Assembly (NCBI GenBank): GCA_030648435.1
Contig: JAUSHE010000008.1
Coordinates: 3,449 to 67,448, forward strand
Direction of reading: 5' to 3'
DNA: 64,000 nucleotides
Source of the DNA: Candidatus Daviesbacteria bacterium
GTDB lineage: Bacteria > Patescibacteriota > Microgenomatia > Daviesbacterales > UBA10151
The notes under the pieces were generated by a model. It saw only the letters and a program-made list of their open reading frames with translations. It searched no databases and had not been told where the DNA came from. The position numbers were made by a program, and so were the translations under genes. The first letter of the stretch is position 1. Each line of letters opens with the position of its first letter. Below are positions 8,401 to 18,652 of the stretch, piece after piece.

Positions 8401-9153
8401 TTATAAAAAACTTATTTGAGACTGGTGTATTCTAATTCTTTCTTGGGCCATTTCGCAATATTCAGGGGAAATATCTATCCCAATATAATTTCGTTTGAAG
8501 TTTAAAACGGATATTGCAGTTGTGCCGGAGCCCATGAAAGGATCGAGGATAATTTTTGCATCTGTTGACGATATAATTCGATCAATTAATTTAACAGGAA
8601 AAGCAGCAGGGTGCTCATTTTTCATCTCTTGTGTAAATTCCCAGACATCCCCATAAGCATTTGCTTTTGGTGCTAGTTTAAACTTTGGTTTGGCTATAAG
8701 ATAAATAACCTCGTAGGTGGGCAAGAAATAACCTGCATTGAAATTAAGACCTCCTTTTCTTTTCCAAATAATAATTTGCCTGACAGGAAATCCGCTAACT
8801 ATATCTTGGCGATCTTGTAATAAGCCATCTTGAACGCGCCATTTATGATTATAGAAAATTGCGCCATCTTCTGGAATTATTCTCATCATTTCACTCAAAC
8901 ATTCTTTTTGCCATTTAACATATTTATCATGGGGCATACAGTCGTCATGATGTGAATATCCATTTTGGAGTGCTGCATTTGCCCATTTCCCACCACGACC
9001 ATCTTTCATTCCATTACCAGTAGAATTTTTCAGATTATACGGGGGGGAGGTTATCACCAAATCAGCTGCACTATCAGGGATTTGCTTCATAACCTCCAAT
9101 GCATCACCACAAATAATTTTATTTACAAAACTGTCTGGAAATTTTAGACTCAT
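8401..9153 (-). CDS. DNA methyltransferase, beta-class (N4-cytosine or N6-adenine), R-M partner
   Basis: Motif IV LVITSPPY precedes motif I ILDPFMGSGTTAI (beta-class permutation). ParB-free DNA_methylase_N4/N6 fold. Confidence 0.85.
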   Translation of the reverse strand: MSLKFPDSFVNKIICGDALEVMKQIPDSAADLVITSPPYNLKNSTGNGMKDGRGGKWANAALQNGYSHHDDCMPHDKYVKWQKECLSEMMRIIPEDGAIFYNHKWRVQDGLLQDRQDIVSGFPVRQIIIWKRKGGLNFNAGYFLPTYEVIYLIAKPKFKLAPKANAYGDVWEFTQEMKNEHPAAFPVKLIDRIISSTDAKIILDPFMGSGTTAISVLNFKRNYIGIDISPEYCEMAQERIRIHQSQISFL

Positions 9154-9224
9154 CGCTCAAATTATAGCAGTTTTTCTAAACCATTTGTCGGTACAAATAG
9201 GATTTGATGTTGTATAATCTATCA

Positions 9225-9516
9225 CCGAGATTCTTGTGCCTGCCCGCCTCTGGAGGGGTGAAAGTATCCTTCGACTCGCTACGCTCGCTCAGGACTTAGC
9301 CTTACTGTTAGGGAGCCCTTCGACTCCGCTCAGGCCTTCGGCTCTGAGACCGCTCAGGCTCGAAGAGGTAAACTTATGTAGTGATTCATCTTGGCCATTA
9401 GGGTCGATTTAGTGGTTGCATTTTGTCATTATTTTTGATAATATAATGTTGTATTTCCAAAAGAAATACATTTGATTTGCTAATTCCCCCCGGCTCAACT
9501 CGACCCGGGGGTTTTT
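9225..9516 (+). ncRNA. Candidate structured ncRNA (GC-rich, repeated CGCTCAGG / CCTTCGACTC motifs) ending in an intrinsic terminator
   Basis: GC-rich stretch in an AT-rich genome with no ORF. TATAAT at 9213-9218 upstream. Terminates in a hairpin plus T-run at 9484-9516. No match to tmRNA, RNase P or SRP motifs by eye. Confidence 0.25.
9484..9516 (+). terminator. Rho-independent terminator (CCCCCGG-11 nt loop-CCGGGGG + TTTTT)
   Basis: 7-bp GC stem directly followed by a T5 run on the + strand. Confidence 0.6.
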
Positions 9517-9778
9517 CTTGCTTAAAATCCTTAGATCACAAGAAAGCAGGGTATAAAGATAAAACTTGGTTATCTTCTTAAGTCGTGCCCTTCAGAAAAA
9601 TTGCTCATCCTGCGTGATTTTAAATAAGGACCAAATCCTACTGATAGGCAAACTCTGAGTTTAGACCGTCCTGAAGGAGTAATTCAGGGAATTCCCGCAG
9701 ACCTGCCTGCCGGCAGGCAGGTCTGTTTGAGGGGTTCTATAGAATATAAAATCAGATTCCAGTATAATCAGAGGGTTT

Positions 9779-9852
9779 GACGCCATCGTCTAGTGGCCTA
9801 GGACACAGGGTTTTCATCCCTGTAACCGCGGGTTCGACTCCCGCTGGCGTCA
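9779..9852 (+). tRNA. tRNA-Glu (anticodon TTC)
   Basis: Acceptor GACGCCA/TGGCGTC, anticodon stem CAGGG/CCCTG with loop TTTTCAT, T-arm CGGGTTCGACTCCCG. No encoded CCA. Confidence 0.85.
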
Positions 9853-9982
9853 CAAAACAAAAAATATCCCTTATCCTAACCTATTATTTTTGAGTAATTT
9901 TTGTCTGAAGAATACATTTGCTTCATCTTGCGCTTGAAGTAATTTATCCTGATAAATGAAAGGTTAGGATCTTCAGTCTTTC

Positions 9983-10687
9983 TTAAGGTGCAAGTCTGTT
10001 TAAGATTCTGCCAAGCAGGGAATCAGTGCTTTCAACTACCTGACCGTTTTCAGCTGATACAACAGCCTCAACTTTTGTTTTAATTAGGATAAATCTTAAT
10101 AATTTATGGGTTTTAGTACCCTTAACTTTATAAACCAAAACCCCGTTTCTAGTCTCCAACTTTACCAGATCCGGAATGCTTCCTAAACTATTATTAACTT
10201 TCTCACCCGCTACATCATCCATTACATGAGATGAAAGCATATTATCAATTGCTTTTTGAGGTAAAACAGCCACCACTTTAGATCCTGAAGGAGTAGTGAC
10301 AGTTATTTGCCTGGTGGTGGGGTCAACTGAGATGGGGAAATTTGACAAAGCCCCAACTCTTTTGTTTACCAAGGCTATCTGACCCGGGGCTGTAGCTATT
10401 TTAACATCTTCTTTCTCCAGTTCTGCTTCTACTTCTTTAACCGCCTCATTTTCACCCTGCTTAACTTTAGTTTCTATTTTTACGGGCTTAGGAGTTGATT
10501 GAACAACAGATGATTTTCCATCATTGTAATTTCTGCTAACAGGTATTATTGAAGAAAAAACTAAAAAGCCCCCGATGCCAACTATTAAAACAGCCAGAAA
10601 GTGGGCAAAACCTTTATCTTGATTTGAATTAGGCATTAATTTCAGTTTACATAAAAACAGATTCCTTGTCAACTTTGCACTTGACAA
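9983..10687 (-). CDS. Hypothetical membrane-anchored protein
   Basis: N-terminal TM helix (FLAVLIVGIGGFLVFSSIIP). Start may be the internal Met18. Confidence 0.45.
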   Translation of the reverse strand: MSSAKLTRNLFLCKLKLMPNSNQDKGFAHFLAVLIVGIGGFLVFSSIIPVSRNYNDGKSSVVQSTPKPVKIETKVKQGENEAVKEVEAELEKEDVKIATAPGQIALVNKRVGALSNFPISVDPTTRQITVTTPSGSKVVAVLPQKAIDNMLSSHVMDDVAGEKVNNSLGSIPDLVKLETRNGVLVYKVKGTKTHKLLRFILIKTKVEAVVSAENGQVVESTDSLLGRILNRLAP

Positions 10688-10717
10688 GATCTTCTTAGCA
10701 CCATAAAATGTCGGTGT

Positions 10718-11074
10718 ATGTTTCGACGCCGACCAGAAATGGATGTTATCATTCCTGATAATCCTGAAATTTTAGGAGCTCCAAATTTGGATTTACCTGA
10801 AACGCCAATTGCTTCGAGAAAAAGATTCCTCGCTCAGCTAGGTTCAATTGCAATCATGCCCTTTCACAATCAAGCATTTCAGGGACCCAACTTGTTTTAT
10901 GGTGACAGTACTAGTGGTGCTGGTGTCGGTTTTTTCTTAGGAGCAATTCTAGGAGGAACAACAGAATCCATGCTCCATTTGGCAGGTAAACCCTGTAATG
11001 TGATATCTTCGGGAGGTAGGACATTATTGCTTGGAGTTGTCGGAGCCATTATAGGTTCTCATTTCTTGAATTAA
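10718..11074 (+). CDS. Hypothetical Gly-rich small protein
   Basis: ORF only. No motif. Confidence 0.3.
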   Translation: MFRRRPEMDVIIPDNPEILGAPNLDLPETPIASRKRFLAQLGSIAIMPFHNQAFQGPNLFYGDSTSGAGVGFFLGAILGGTTESMLHLAGKPCNVISSGGRTLLLGVVGAIIGSHFLN

Positions 11075-11202
11075 CAAACCCCTTTTCAGAAGAATTAAAT
11101 AACGGCATTCTCTAAAGATGATCTACGGTTTAATGAGTTGCAACGCGCTATAAGTAGATAAATTATCAGTTATCTACTCCCTAATGGTATAATGTCCCTA
11201 CA

Positions 11203-13398
11203 ATGAGTAACCCCCTTAGCGTCCGTGATTTTTTGTTTAAGAATCTTACTTCTTATGACGGCGGCCCGGAATTCCTGCAGAGTCCAACCGATCGGACCCA
11301 AAAACTTTGGGATATCTGCAAAATCTTAATTAAAAAAGAATTTGATAACGGGGGCGTTTTGGATATCGATACCAAGACCATTTCTACAATTACCAGCCAC
11401 CAGCCGGGCTATATAGAGAAAGATTTGGAACTGATTTTTGGTTTACAAACAGATGGGCCCCTAAAACGGGCCATTAAACCTTTTGGCGGTATTAAAGTGG
11501 TGGAGCGGGCCTGCGAGGATTACGGGAAAAAGCTGGATCCAGTGGTAATAGACCTTTTTACCAAATATTTAAAAAGCCACAACCAGGGGATTTTTGACGC
11601 CTATACAGATGAAATCAGGAAATACCGTTCTTCCGGCGTGATCACCGGACTGCCTGATAATTATGCCCGGGGCAGGATTATCGGAGATTACCGCCGGGCT
11701 GCGCTGTTTGGGATAGACAGGATTATTGAAGAAAAGCAAAAAGACCTCCAGGGCAAGGGAGGAGAAATGAGTGATGAGGAAATCCGGGACAGGGAAGAGA
11801 TTAAAGAAGAAATTCAAGCCTTAAATTTGATCAAAGAAATGGCCTTTTCGTATGGCTTTGATATTTCAAAACCGGCCACAAATGCCAAAGAGGCAATCCA
11901 GTGGACATATTTTGCGTATCTTTCTGCTTTGAAAGAACAGGACGGCGCGGCGATGAGTTTGGGGTCTGTTTCCGGATTTTTTGATATTTATCTTAAGAAA
12001 GATATTGCCGATGGGAAACTGGACGAAAAGCAAGCCCAGGAACTGGTTGATCAGTTTATTATCAAATTAAGGATGGTCCGGCAACTGCGGATGAAGGAAT
12101 ACGATACCATTTATGCCGGTGATCCAACCTGGCTGACAGAAAGTTTGGCCGGGATGTTTTTGGACGGAAGACACAAAGTGACTAAAACTTCCTACCGGTT
12201 TTTACAATCTTTATATAATCTGGGACCGGCCCCTGAACCAAACCTCACCGTGCTGTGGTCTGAAAAATTACCCAAAAAGTTTAAGGAATTTTGCGCCAAA
12301 GTATCAATTGAAACTTCTGCTATCCAATATGAAAATGATGACCTGATGCGGGAGACCGCTGACTGGGACGATTACGCCATCAGCTGTTGTGTTTCCCAGC
12401 TCAAAAACGGTTCCCAAATGCAATACTTTGGGGCTAGAAGCAATCTGGCCAAAATTTTGCTTTTGGCATTAAATTCAGGCAAGGATGAAAATACCGGCGT
12501 TGAATTGGTTCCCGGGATAGAAGCCCAAAATGATGGCGTTTTAAATTATGACAACGTTATTGCTGAGTACAAAAAAACCTTGGCTTACGTTGCGACCGTT
12601 TATGTTAAGGCCATGAATATTATTCATTACATGCATGACAAATATTATTTTGAACGGGTGGAAATGGCTTTACTTGACAGCAAACTTGATCGGTTAATGG
12701 CTTTTGGTATTGCGGGCTTGTCGGTTGTAGCCGATTCCTTTTCAGCCATAAAATATGCCAAAGTTACTCCAATAAGAGACGTTAACGGAATTACAAAAGA
12801 ATTCAAGGCCGTGGGGGATTTTCCGAAATATGGCAATGACAATGACCTGGCTGATGATATTGCCCGGGAATTGGTCAAAAGCTTCCATGAAGAACTCAAA
12901 AAACATCATATTTACCGTAATGCCACGCCTACTTTATCGGTTCTGACAATAACTTCAAATGTAATGTACGGCAAAAAGACAGGCGCCACTCCTGACGGAA
13001 GATTATCAGGTGCGCCTTTTGCCCCGGGAGCTAATCCGATGCACGGCAGGGATGTTCGTGGTGCAATTGCATCATTAAATTCCGTTGCTAAGCTAAATTA
13101 TGAAGATGCCAGAGACGGGATTTCCAATACTTTCTCGATAGTTCCAAAGGCTTTGGGAAACAATGAGGAAGCACAGATTGAAAATCTGGTCAATTTGATT
13201 GACGGATATTTCCTAAAACAAGCCCAGCACTTAAATGTTAACGTTTTAAATAAAGAAACTCTGCTTAAAGCGATGGCGCATCCGGAAGATTACCCCCAGT
13301 TAACGATTAGGGTGTCAGGCTATGCGGTCAATTTCGTAAAGTTATCCCGTGAGCACCAACAGGAAGTATTAGCGCGGTCATTTTTTGACTCAATGTAA
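11203..13398 (+). CDS. pflB: Pyruvate formate-lyase (formate C-acetyltransferase, glycyl-radical enzyme)
   Basis: N-terminal PFL segments ([65 protein letters not shown]) and C-terminal glycine-radical motif RVSGYAV. Confidence 0.9.
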   Translation: MSNPLSVRDFLFKNLTSYDGGPEFLQSPTDRTQKLWDICKILIKKEFDNGGVLDIDTKTISTITSHQPGYIEKDLELIFGLQTDGPLKRAIKPFGGIKVVERACEDYGKKLDPVVIDLFTKYLKSHNQGIFDAYTDEIRKYRSSGVITGLPDNYARGRIIGDYRRAALFGIDRIIEEKQKDLQGKGGEMSDEEIRDREEIKEEIQALNLIKEMAFSYGFDISKPATNAKEAIQWTYFAYLSALKEQDGAAMSLGSVSGFFDIYLKKDIADGKLDEKQAQELVDQFIIKLRMVRQLRMKEYDTIYAGDPTWLTESLAGMFLDGRHKVTKTSYRFLQSLYNLGPAPEPNLTVLWSEKLPKKFKEFCAKVSIETSAIQYENDDLMRETADWDDYAISCCVSQLKNGSQMQYFGARSNLAKILLLALNSGKDENTGVELVPGIEAQNDGVLNYDNVIAEYKKTLAYVATVYVKAMNIIHYMHDKYYFERVEMALLDSKLDRLMAFGIAGLSVVADSFSAIKYAKVTPIRDVNGITKEFKAVGDFPKYGNDNDLADDIARELVKSFHEELKKHHIYRNATPTLSVLTITSNVMYGKKTGATPDGRLSGAPFAPGANPMHGRDVRGAIASLNSVAKLNYEDARDGISNTFSIVPKALGNNEEAQIENLVNLIDGYFLKQAQHLNVNVLNKETLLKAMAHPEDYPQLTIRVSGYAVNFVKLSREHQQEVLARSFFDSM

Positions 13399-13401
13399 AT
13401 T

Positions 13402-14124
13402 TTAAGATAAAAGGGCGCCGCCGTCGACCACAATTTGCGAACCTGTCATATAAGATGACATCTCCGAAGCCAGGAAAAGCGCCACTTTGCCAATTTCATC
13501 TGGTTCACCCATCCTGTGCATAGGAATTTTATTCATAAAAGCTTCCATGATTTTGGGATCAATTTTTCCAGCCCCCTCTTGTGCCTTCACTACCCCCGGT
13601 GTGACAATACCGCCCGGCGCAATGGCGTTGACCCAAATCTTGTGTTGGGCCAGCTCCAGCGCGGTATTTTTGGTAAATCCCCACACACCATGCTTGGAAG
13701 CATCATAGGCCGAGAGACCGATCATTGAAGGGTGCAAGGCATCTATTGAGGAAATATTGATAATTTTTCCGCCCCGCCCCTGCTTTATCATTTGTTCAGA
13801 GACATATTTCGTGGTTAAAAACACCCCCTCCAGATTCACTTTAATCACTTTTTCAAAATCCTCCAAAGTCATCAGGGAAAGCGGCACATTCGGATAAATG
13901 CCGGCATTGTTGACCAAAATATCTATTGAGCCGTATTTTTCAACCGTCTCTGCAACAAGTTTTTTAACGTCCTCTTCTTTGGAAACATTACAACCAGTGG
14001 CCAAATCGGCAATTACAACATTAGCGCCTGCCTCCTGAAAACGTTTGACTATCCCCGCCCCAATCCCTACAGATCCACCGGTAACTATTGCTGCTTTTCC
14101 TGAAAGATCCAGAAGACCGCGCAT
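13402..14124 (-). CDS. Short-chain dehydrogenase/reductase (SDR)
   Basis: TGGSVGIGAGI cofactor motif. NNAG and YDASK (YxxxK) catalytic motifs. Confidence 0.8.
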   Translation of the reverse strand: MRGLLDLSGKAAIVTGGSVGIGAGIVKRFQEAGANVVIADLATGCNVSKEEDVKKLVAETVEKYGSIDILVNNAGIYPNVPLSLMTLEDFEKVIKVNLEGVFLTTKYVSEQMIKQGRGGKIINISSIDALHPSMIGLSAYDASKHGVWGFTKNTALELAQHKIWVNAIAPGGIVTPGVVKAQEGAGKIDPKIMEAFMNKIPMHRMGEPDEIGKVALFLASEMSSYMTGSQIVVDGGALLS

Positions 14125-14136
14125 GCACTTATCTTA

Positions 14137-16155
14137 TTAGAACAAGACTTTGCAGTCAACTGCCAAAACGCCATCCGACATGACAATGGCCGGATTAATT
14201 TCAATATTGGAAATTTCCGGAATATTTAAGGCCAAATTGGCAAGACGGACAATTGTTTCATAAAGCTTATCTAAGCTACTTTCGGCCAGGAAGGAATATA
14301 TTTTTGATTTTGCCACCAGTTGTTTTGCCCGGGGCAGATCTATAGGCAGAAGACATAAATTGCGGTCACAAATCAGTTCGGCATACGACCCCCCTGCTCC
14401 GAAAAGCAGGACCGGTCCAAAATTCGGGTCTTTTTTAACGCCGATAATTACTTCTACTCCAGGAGGAACTTGCTTTTGAATCTGGATATCAAGATGGTGG
14501 GACTCAAGTTCCTTCCAGGCAGATTCAAGCTGAGGATTGTTTTCTATATCGGTAATAACCCCTCCAATGGCCTTTTTATGAAGCAGTGTCGGCGAAAAAA
14601 GCTTTAAAACTACAGGAAATCCGCATTTTGAGGCAAAACCTTTGGCTTCCTGCAAACCAGGGACAATGGCCGAATCGGGAACGGCAATTCCTGCCAGAGC
14701 AATAATTTCATTCGGGGTAGCCTGATGCATGATTTGCTTTATTTGATCCAGATTTGGCACTTGCTGTATTTGATTTTGGGTAATACTTTGCTTTAGATTT
14801 TGATGATTTTTGTACCACCACATTTTACCCACAGCCCAAATAGCCCGTTCCGGAAATCTGAAATGCGGGATTTTCAGTTCGTTAAGTTTTTGTTCTCCCT
14901 CCGCCACCAAACTTCCGCCAATAAATGAACAAAAAATTAATTTCCGGTATTTCTTTGATAAGTTCCCCAAATTTTCTGCTGTTTTTTCAATCTGGGTCAT
15001 AACTTGAGGAGTCAGGATGACAATTAACGCATCAACCTCCGTATTTGCCAAAATGACATCCGCCGCTTTTGCATACCTGTCAGCTAACGCATCACCTAAA
15101 ACATCAACCGGATTTAAAATTCCCGCTGAACGGGGCAGGATTTGCTGCAGTTTCAAGAGGGTTTCCGTGTCAAATTCCGCAAGTTCCAATCCTTCATTGA
15201 TAACAGCATCTGCAGAAATAACCGCCGGCCCGCCGGCATTTGAAATAATGGCAACTCTTGGCCCTTTGATATTTTCTGCCCAGGCAAAACTGCGCGACAA
15301 ATCAAAGAAATCCTCCAAAGTAAGACAGCGGATAACACCGGCCTGGGATAAAACTGCTTCCAAAACCGCATCTTCTCCGGCGATTGATCCGGTATGCGAC
15401 AGCATAGCTTTGGCGCCGGCCCGGGTTTTACCCGGTTTCAAAAGAAAAACAGGGTTTGTTTTTGAAATCTCCGCAGTCAATTTTAGAAATTCAGATCCTT
15501 TCGATATTGATTCCAGATACAGCCCCACTGCCATGGAGGGAGTATTTCTAAAATATTCTAAAACATCATTTTCGTTAATGACCGCTTTGTTACCGAGCGT
15601 CACAAACTGCGAAAATCCGACATTATTTGATTTACACCAGTCAAAAAGGCTGGAGGCGATGGCTCCGGACTGGGAAATAAAACGTAAATTACCGGAGGCG
15701 CTGACAACTTCTCCAAAGGTGACATTAACCGGACACAAATTATTCACAAAACCTAAGCAATTGGGACCTAAAACATTAATGCTGTATTTTTGGGCAATTT
15801 CAATTAATCTATCTTCTAACTTTTTTCCCTCCTCTCCGGCTTCTTTAAAACCGGCAGAGAAAACCACCGCATTTTTGATGCCTTTTTCCCCCACCTGGGT
15901 GAGCACATCCAAAGCGTCAGGTACAGGGATTGCGATTACTGCCAAATCAGGAATTACAGGCAGGCTGGCGGTGTCTTTATAGCACCACAGATTGCCAATG
16001 TTTGAAGCATTGGGATTGACAGGATAAATGTCGCCTTTAAAACCGGAGGCGATAATATTTTTTAAGACGGTAGCACCTACTTTTTCCGGGCTTCTGGAAG
16101 CACCGATGATGGCGATTGATTTGGGACAGAATAGGGTAGTGAGATCATGAGCCAC
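14137..16155 (-). CDS. Acetyl-CoA synthetase (ADP-forming), fused alpha/beta subunits
   Basis: N-terminal CoA-binding domain (SIAIIGASRSPEKVGATVLKNIIASGFKGDIYPVNP). Succinyl-CoA-synthetase-like and ATP-grasp portions. 672 aa. Confidence 0.8.
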   Translation of the reverse strand: MAHDLTTLFCPKSIAIIGASRSPEKVGATVLKNIIASGFKGDIYPVNPNASNIGNLWCYKDTASLPVIPDLAVIAIPVPDALDVLTQVGEKGIKNAVVFSAGFKEAGEEGKKLEDRLIEIAQKYSINVLGPNCLGFVNNLCPVNVTFGEVVSASGNLRFISQSGAIASSLFDWCKSNNVGFSQFVTLGNKAVINENDVLEYFRNTPSMAVGLYLESISKGSEFLKLTAEISKTNPVFLLKPGKTRAGAKAMLSHTGSIAGEDAVLEAVLSQAGVIRCLTLEDFFDLSRSFAWAENIKGPRVAIISNAGGPAVISADAVINEGLELAEFDTETLLKLQQILPRSAGILNPVDVLGDALADRYAKAADVILANTEVDALIVILTPQVMTQIEKTAENLGNLSKKYRKLIFCSFIGGSLVAEGEQKLNELKIPHFRFPERAIWAVGKMWWYKNHQNLKQSITQNQIQQVPNLDQIKQIMHQATPNEIIALAGIAVPDSAIVPGLQEAKGFASKCGFPVVLKLFSPTLLHKKAIGGVITDIENNPQLESAWKELESHHLDIQIQKQVPPGVEVIIGVKKDPNFGPVLLFGAGGSYAELICDRNLCLLPIDLPRAKQLVAKSKIYSFLAESSLDKLYETIVRLANLALNIPEISNIEINPAIVMSDGVLAVDCKVLF

Positions 16156-16226
16156 AACTTTAGTTTAAGTTATTTTACGTACCTAATCAAGCTGTATATG
16201 TTAAAATTACACCGGTTGCTTAAGCT

Positions 16227-16952
16227 ATGATAAGCGTTCATTCAATTGAAACATTTGGCACTCATGAAGGGCCGGGAATCAGATTAGTAGTATTTTTGCA
16301 GGGCTGCAATTTTAGATGCGTTTATTGCCATAATCCGGATACCCAACCGCTTGAGGGTGGCAAAGAAATGACCTCTGAGGAAATTCTTGCACTTCTTGAA
16401 AAACAGGAGCCATATTTTAAAGAAACAGGCGGTTTAACTGTTTCAGGAGGAGAGTCACTTCTGCAAAGGTATGCTCTCATTGATTTATTTACCAAAGCAA
16501 AAAAGAAGAGATTTAATACAACCCTGGATACCAATGGCTCTATTTTAGACGAGGATTCGAAAAAACTTTTGGAAGTCACAGATTTAGTGCTTTTGGACGT
16601 AAAACATATTGATCCGGTTTGGCATCAAAAAGTAACCGGTGCTGCAAATAATGTGGTTTTAGAGTTTGCCGGGTATTTGGAAAGTATTAATAAGTCAATG
16701 TGGCTAAGATATGTATTAGTCCCGGGTTATACCGATCAAAAAGATTCTCTGGAAAAATGGGGGAAACATTTTAAGGATTTTAAAAATATTAAAAGAGTAG
16801 AGATTCTGCCTTTTCATAAATACGGTTTTTATAAATGGAAAGAACTGGGTATGAAAAATCCGCTGGAAAATACCCCTGTTCCCACGAAAGAAGAAATTCA
16901 GGAAGCCTTTGATATATTCAAAAAATACTTTAAGGAAGTTTATATCAGGTAA
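16227..16952 (+). CDS. pflA: Pyruvate formate-lyase activating enzyme (radical SAM)
   Basis: CNFRCVYCHNPDT (CxxxCxxC) cluster motif. Adjacent to the PFL gene and ACD. Confidence 0.85.
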   Translation: MISVHSIETFGTHEGPGIRLVVFLQGCNFRCVYCHNPDTQPLEGGKEMTSEEILALLEKQEPYFKETGGLTVSGGESLLQRYALIDLFTKAKKKRFNTTLDTNGSILDEDSKKLLEVTDLVLLDVKHIDPVWHQKVTGAANNVVLEFAGYLESINKSMWLRYVLVPGYTDQKDSLEKWGKHFKDFKNIKRVEILPFHKYGFYKWKELGMKNPLENTPVPTKEEIQEAFDIFKKYFKEVYIR

Positions 16953-17388
16953 TATACCCGTGTTTTTTGAGCCAGGGGAAAATGGTTCTTTTGGCAATCA
17001 CGGAAATGTTTTTTTTATCAGAATTTGAGTCAAACCAACCAATCTCTGCTATTTCTGAAGAAGGCTTTGGTATACCAATTAATTTTCCCTCAAAAACCCT
17101 GATTGCCACCCTACCTCCGCCATGCGCCACATCCTCAAATTCTGTCAGGTATTTCAAAGAAGATTCTTCTATTTCACAACCAACTTCTTCCATAACTTCT
17201 CTTTTTAGAGCCTCTATTTCGGACTCCCCTTCTTTCAGCTTACCTCCCAGAGTGAAAAAGACTAAAGGTTGATTTTTGCTTCTGACCTGCAGCATTTTTT
17301 TATCCTTAAATACTGCCAGTGCTACTTTCTTGATAGTTTTCATAGTCTTTTGGACTATGTTATACTTTTCTAGATTATGAAACAACAA
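16945..17388 (-). CDS. NUDIX hydrolase
   Basis: Nudix box GGKLKEGESEIEALKREVMEEVG. Confidence 0.75.
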   Translation of the reverse strand: MLFHNLEKYNIVQKTMKTIKKVALAVFKDKKMLQVRSKNQPLVFFTLGGKLKEGESEIEALKREVMEEVGCEIEESSLKYLTEFEDVAHGGGRVAIRVFEGKLIGIPKPSSEIAEIGWFDSNSDKKNISVIAKRTIFPWLKKHGYIT

Positions 17389-18234
17389 TTAGGAATTATT
17401 GGCTACGGCATTGTGGGACAGGCTCTCTCGTATGGCTTTTCCCAACCGGAGATAAAAGATGATTATGAAATCAGATTCTATGATAAATATAAGGAAACCG
17501 AACCGCTAAAAGACGTCGTTATTTCAAGCGAATTTATCTTCATTTGTTTGCCTACTCCCATGAAAGACGATGAATCGGGCATTGACCTTTCGATTATTGA
17601 AGAAAGCATTGCAGAAATAACACAATATACAGACAATACTGACAAAATCATTGTCATCAAATCAACAGTTGCTCCCGGCACAACAGCTTCGTTGGAGAAA
17701 AAGTACCCTAAAAGCCACTTTGCCATGAATCCGGAATTTTTAACAGAGGCTAATTATCTGGAAGATTTTATCAAAGCTGACCGGAATGTAGTTGGCGCAA
17801 ATAATGACCTAATTTCCAGAAGAGTAGTTGCTTTATATAAACAAAGGTTTCCCCGGACAAAAATTTTCCAGACAGACACTACAACTGCGGAGATGGTTAA
17901 ATATATGGCCAATGCGTTTTTGGCAACCAAAGTTATTTTCGCCAATCAGATGTATGATTTATGTCAGGCTTTAGGAATTAAATACGAGGAAGTAAAAAGC
18001 ATAGTGGTGGGGGACCATCGGATTTTTGATTCACACCTGGATATTACAACTGCCAAAGGTTTTGGCGGAAAATGCTTCCCCAAAGATATTATTGCTTTAA
18101 TCGGCAGAGCTAAAGAACTCAAAGTAGAACCCGGACTTTTGGAAACCGTTTGGAATATTAATAAAAAGATCAGAAAAGTTAAAGACTGGGAAGAAATCCC
18201 CTTCGTGGTGGCGGGAAAAAGTAAAATTAATTAA
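17377..18234 (+). CDS. UDP-glucose/GDP-mannose dehydrogenase family protein (short, lacks the C-terminal UDP-binding domain)
   Basis: N-terminal Rossmann [12 protein letters not shown]. Central-domain segments [26 protein letters not shown] and [10 protein letters not shown]. Only 285 aa. Confidence 0.6.
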   Translation: MKQQLGIIGYGIVGQALSYGFSQPEIKDDYEIRFYDKYKETEPLKDVVISSEFIFICLPTPMKDDESGIDLSIIEESIAEITQYTDNTDKIIVIKSTVAPGTTASLEKKYPKSHFAMNPEFLTEANYLEDFIKADRNVVGANNDLISRRVVALYKQRFPRTKIFQTDTTTAEMVKYMANAFLATKVIFANQMYDLCQALGIKYEEVKSIVVGDHRIFDSHLDITTAKGFGGKCFPKDIIALIGRAKELKVEPGLLETVWNINKKIRKVKDWEEIPFVVAGKSKIN

Positions 18235-18545
18235 ACGCGGGTTGCGCTCTTGCCGGTTAGGTCTCTTAAGTAATAAAGCTTTGATCTGCGGACACCGGTG
18301 GTTTTTTTCTTAACATCAATTTTTACAATACTGTTGCTGTCAAGAGGCCAGGTCCGCTCAACCCCAATCCCGGCTGCACCAATTTTCCGCACGGTAAAGG
18401 TTTTATTGACATCCCTACCCCGCAGCCTGATTAAAATCCCCTCAAATATTTGAATACGGGTTTTTGCGCCTTCCACCACTTTGTTATGGACGCGGATAGT
18501 ATCGCCAATATGAATTTCCTGCTCTCCCACTCTGACTGAAATCAT
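18231..18545 (-). CDS. rplS: 50S ribosomal protein L19
   Basis: [25 protein letters not shown]...[19 protein letters not shown] is strongly L19-like. Confidence 0.9.
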   Translation of the reverse strand: MISVRVGEQEIHIGDTIRVHNKVVEGAKTRIQIFEGILIRLRGRDVNKTFTVRKIGAAGIGVERTWPLDSNSIVKIDVKKKTTGVRRSKLYYLRDLTGKSATRV

Positions 18546-18598
18546 TGTGAAATTTTACCACAAACTACAGCCTTGATCAACCAACAATCCGTTTCATC

Positions 18599-18620
18599 CT
18601 GTAAGGCGTCCCCTTGCAGC
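18599..18620. repeat. REP copy 2 (CTGTAAGGCGTCCCCTTGCAGC), 5' flank of RAYT
   Basis: Reverse complement of copies 1 and 3. Confidence 0.8.
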
Positions 18621-18652
18621 ACAACATTATAAGTGGTCTAATTATATTAGAC

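Noticed and set aside
9225-9516. tmRNA, RNase P RNA or SRP RNA identity for the GC-rich intergenic region
   Set aside because: No tRNA-like T-arm or acceptor end for tmRNA. No GGAAAGUCCGGGC (P4) for RNase P. No GGAAGCAGCC domain IV motif for SRP RNA. It is left as an unclassified ncRNA candidate.
15017-15982. 321-aa ORF on the + strand
   Set aside because: It is antisense to the well-supported ADP-forming acetyl-CoA synthetase gene. It has Ser/Ala/Pro-rich low-complexity translation and no motif. Similar long antisense ORFs (e.g. 19380..19967, 54648..55109) were rejected for the same reason.
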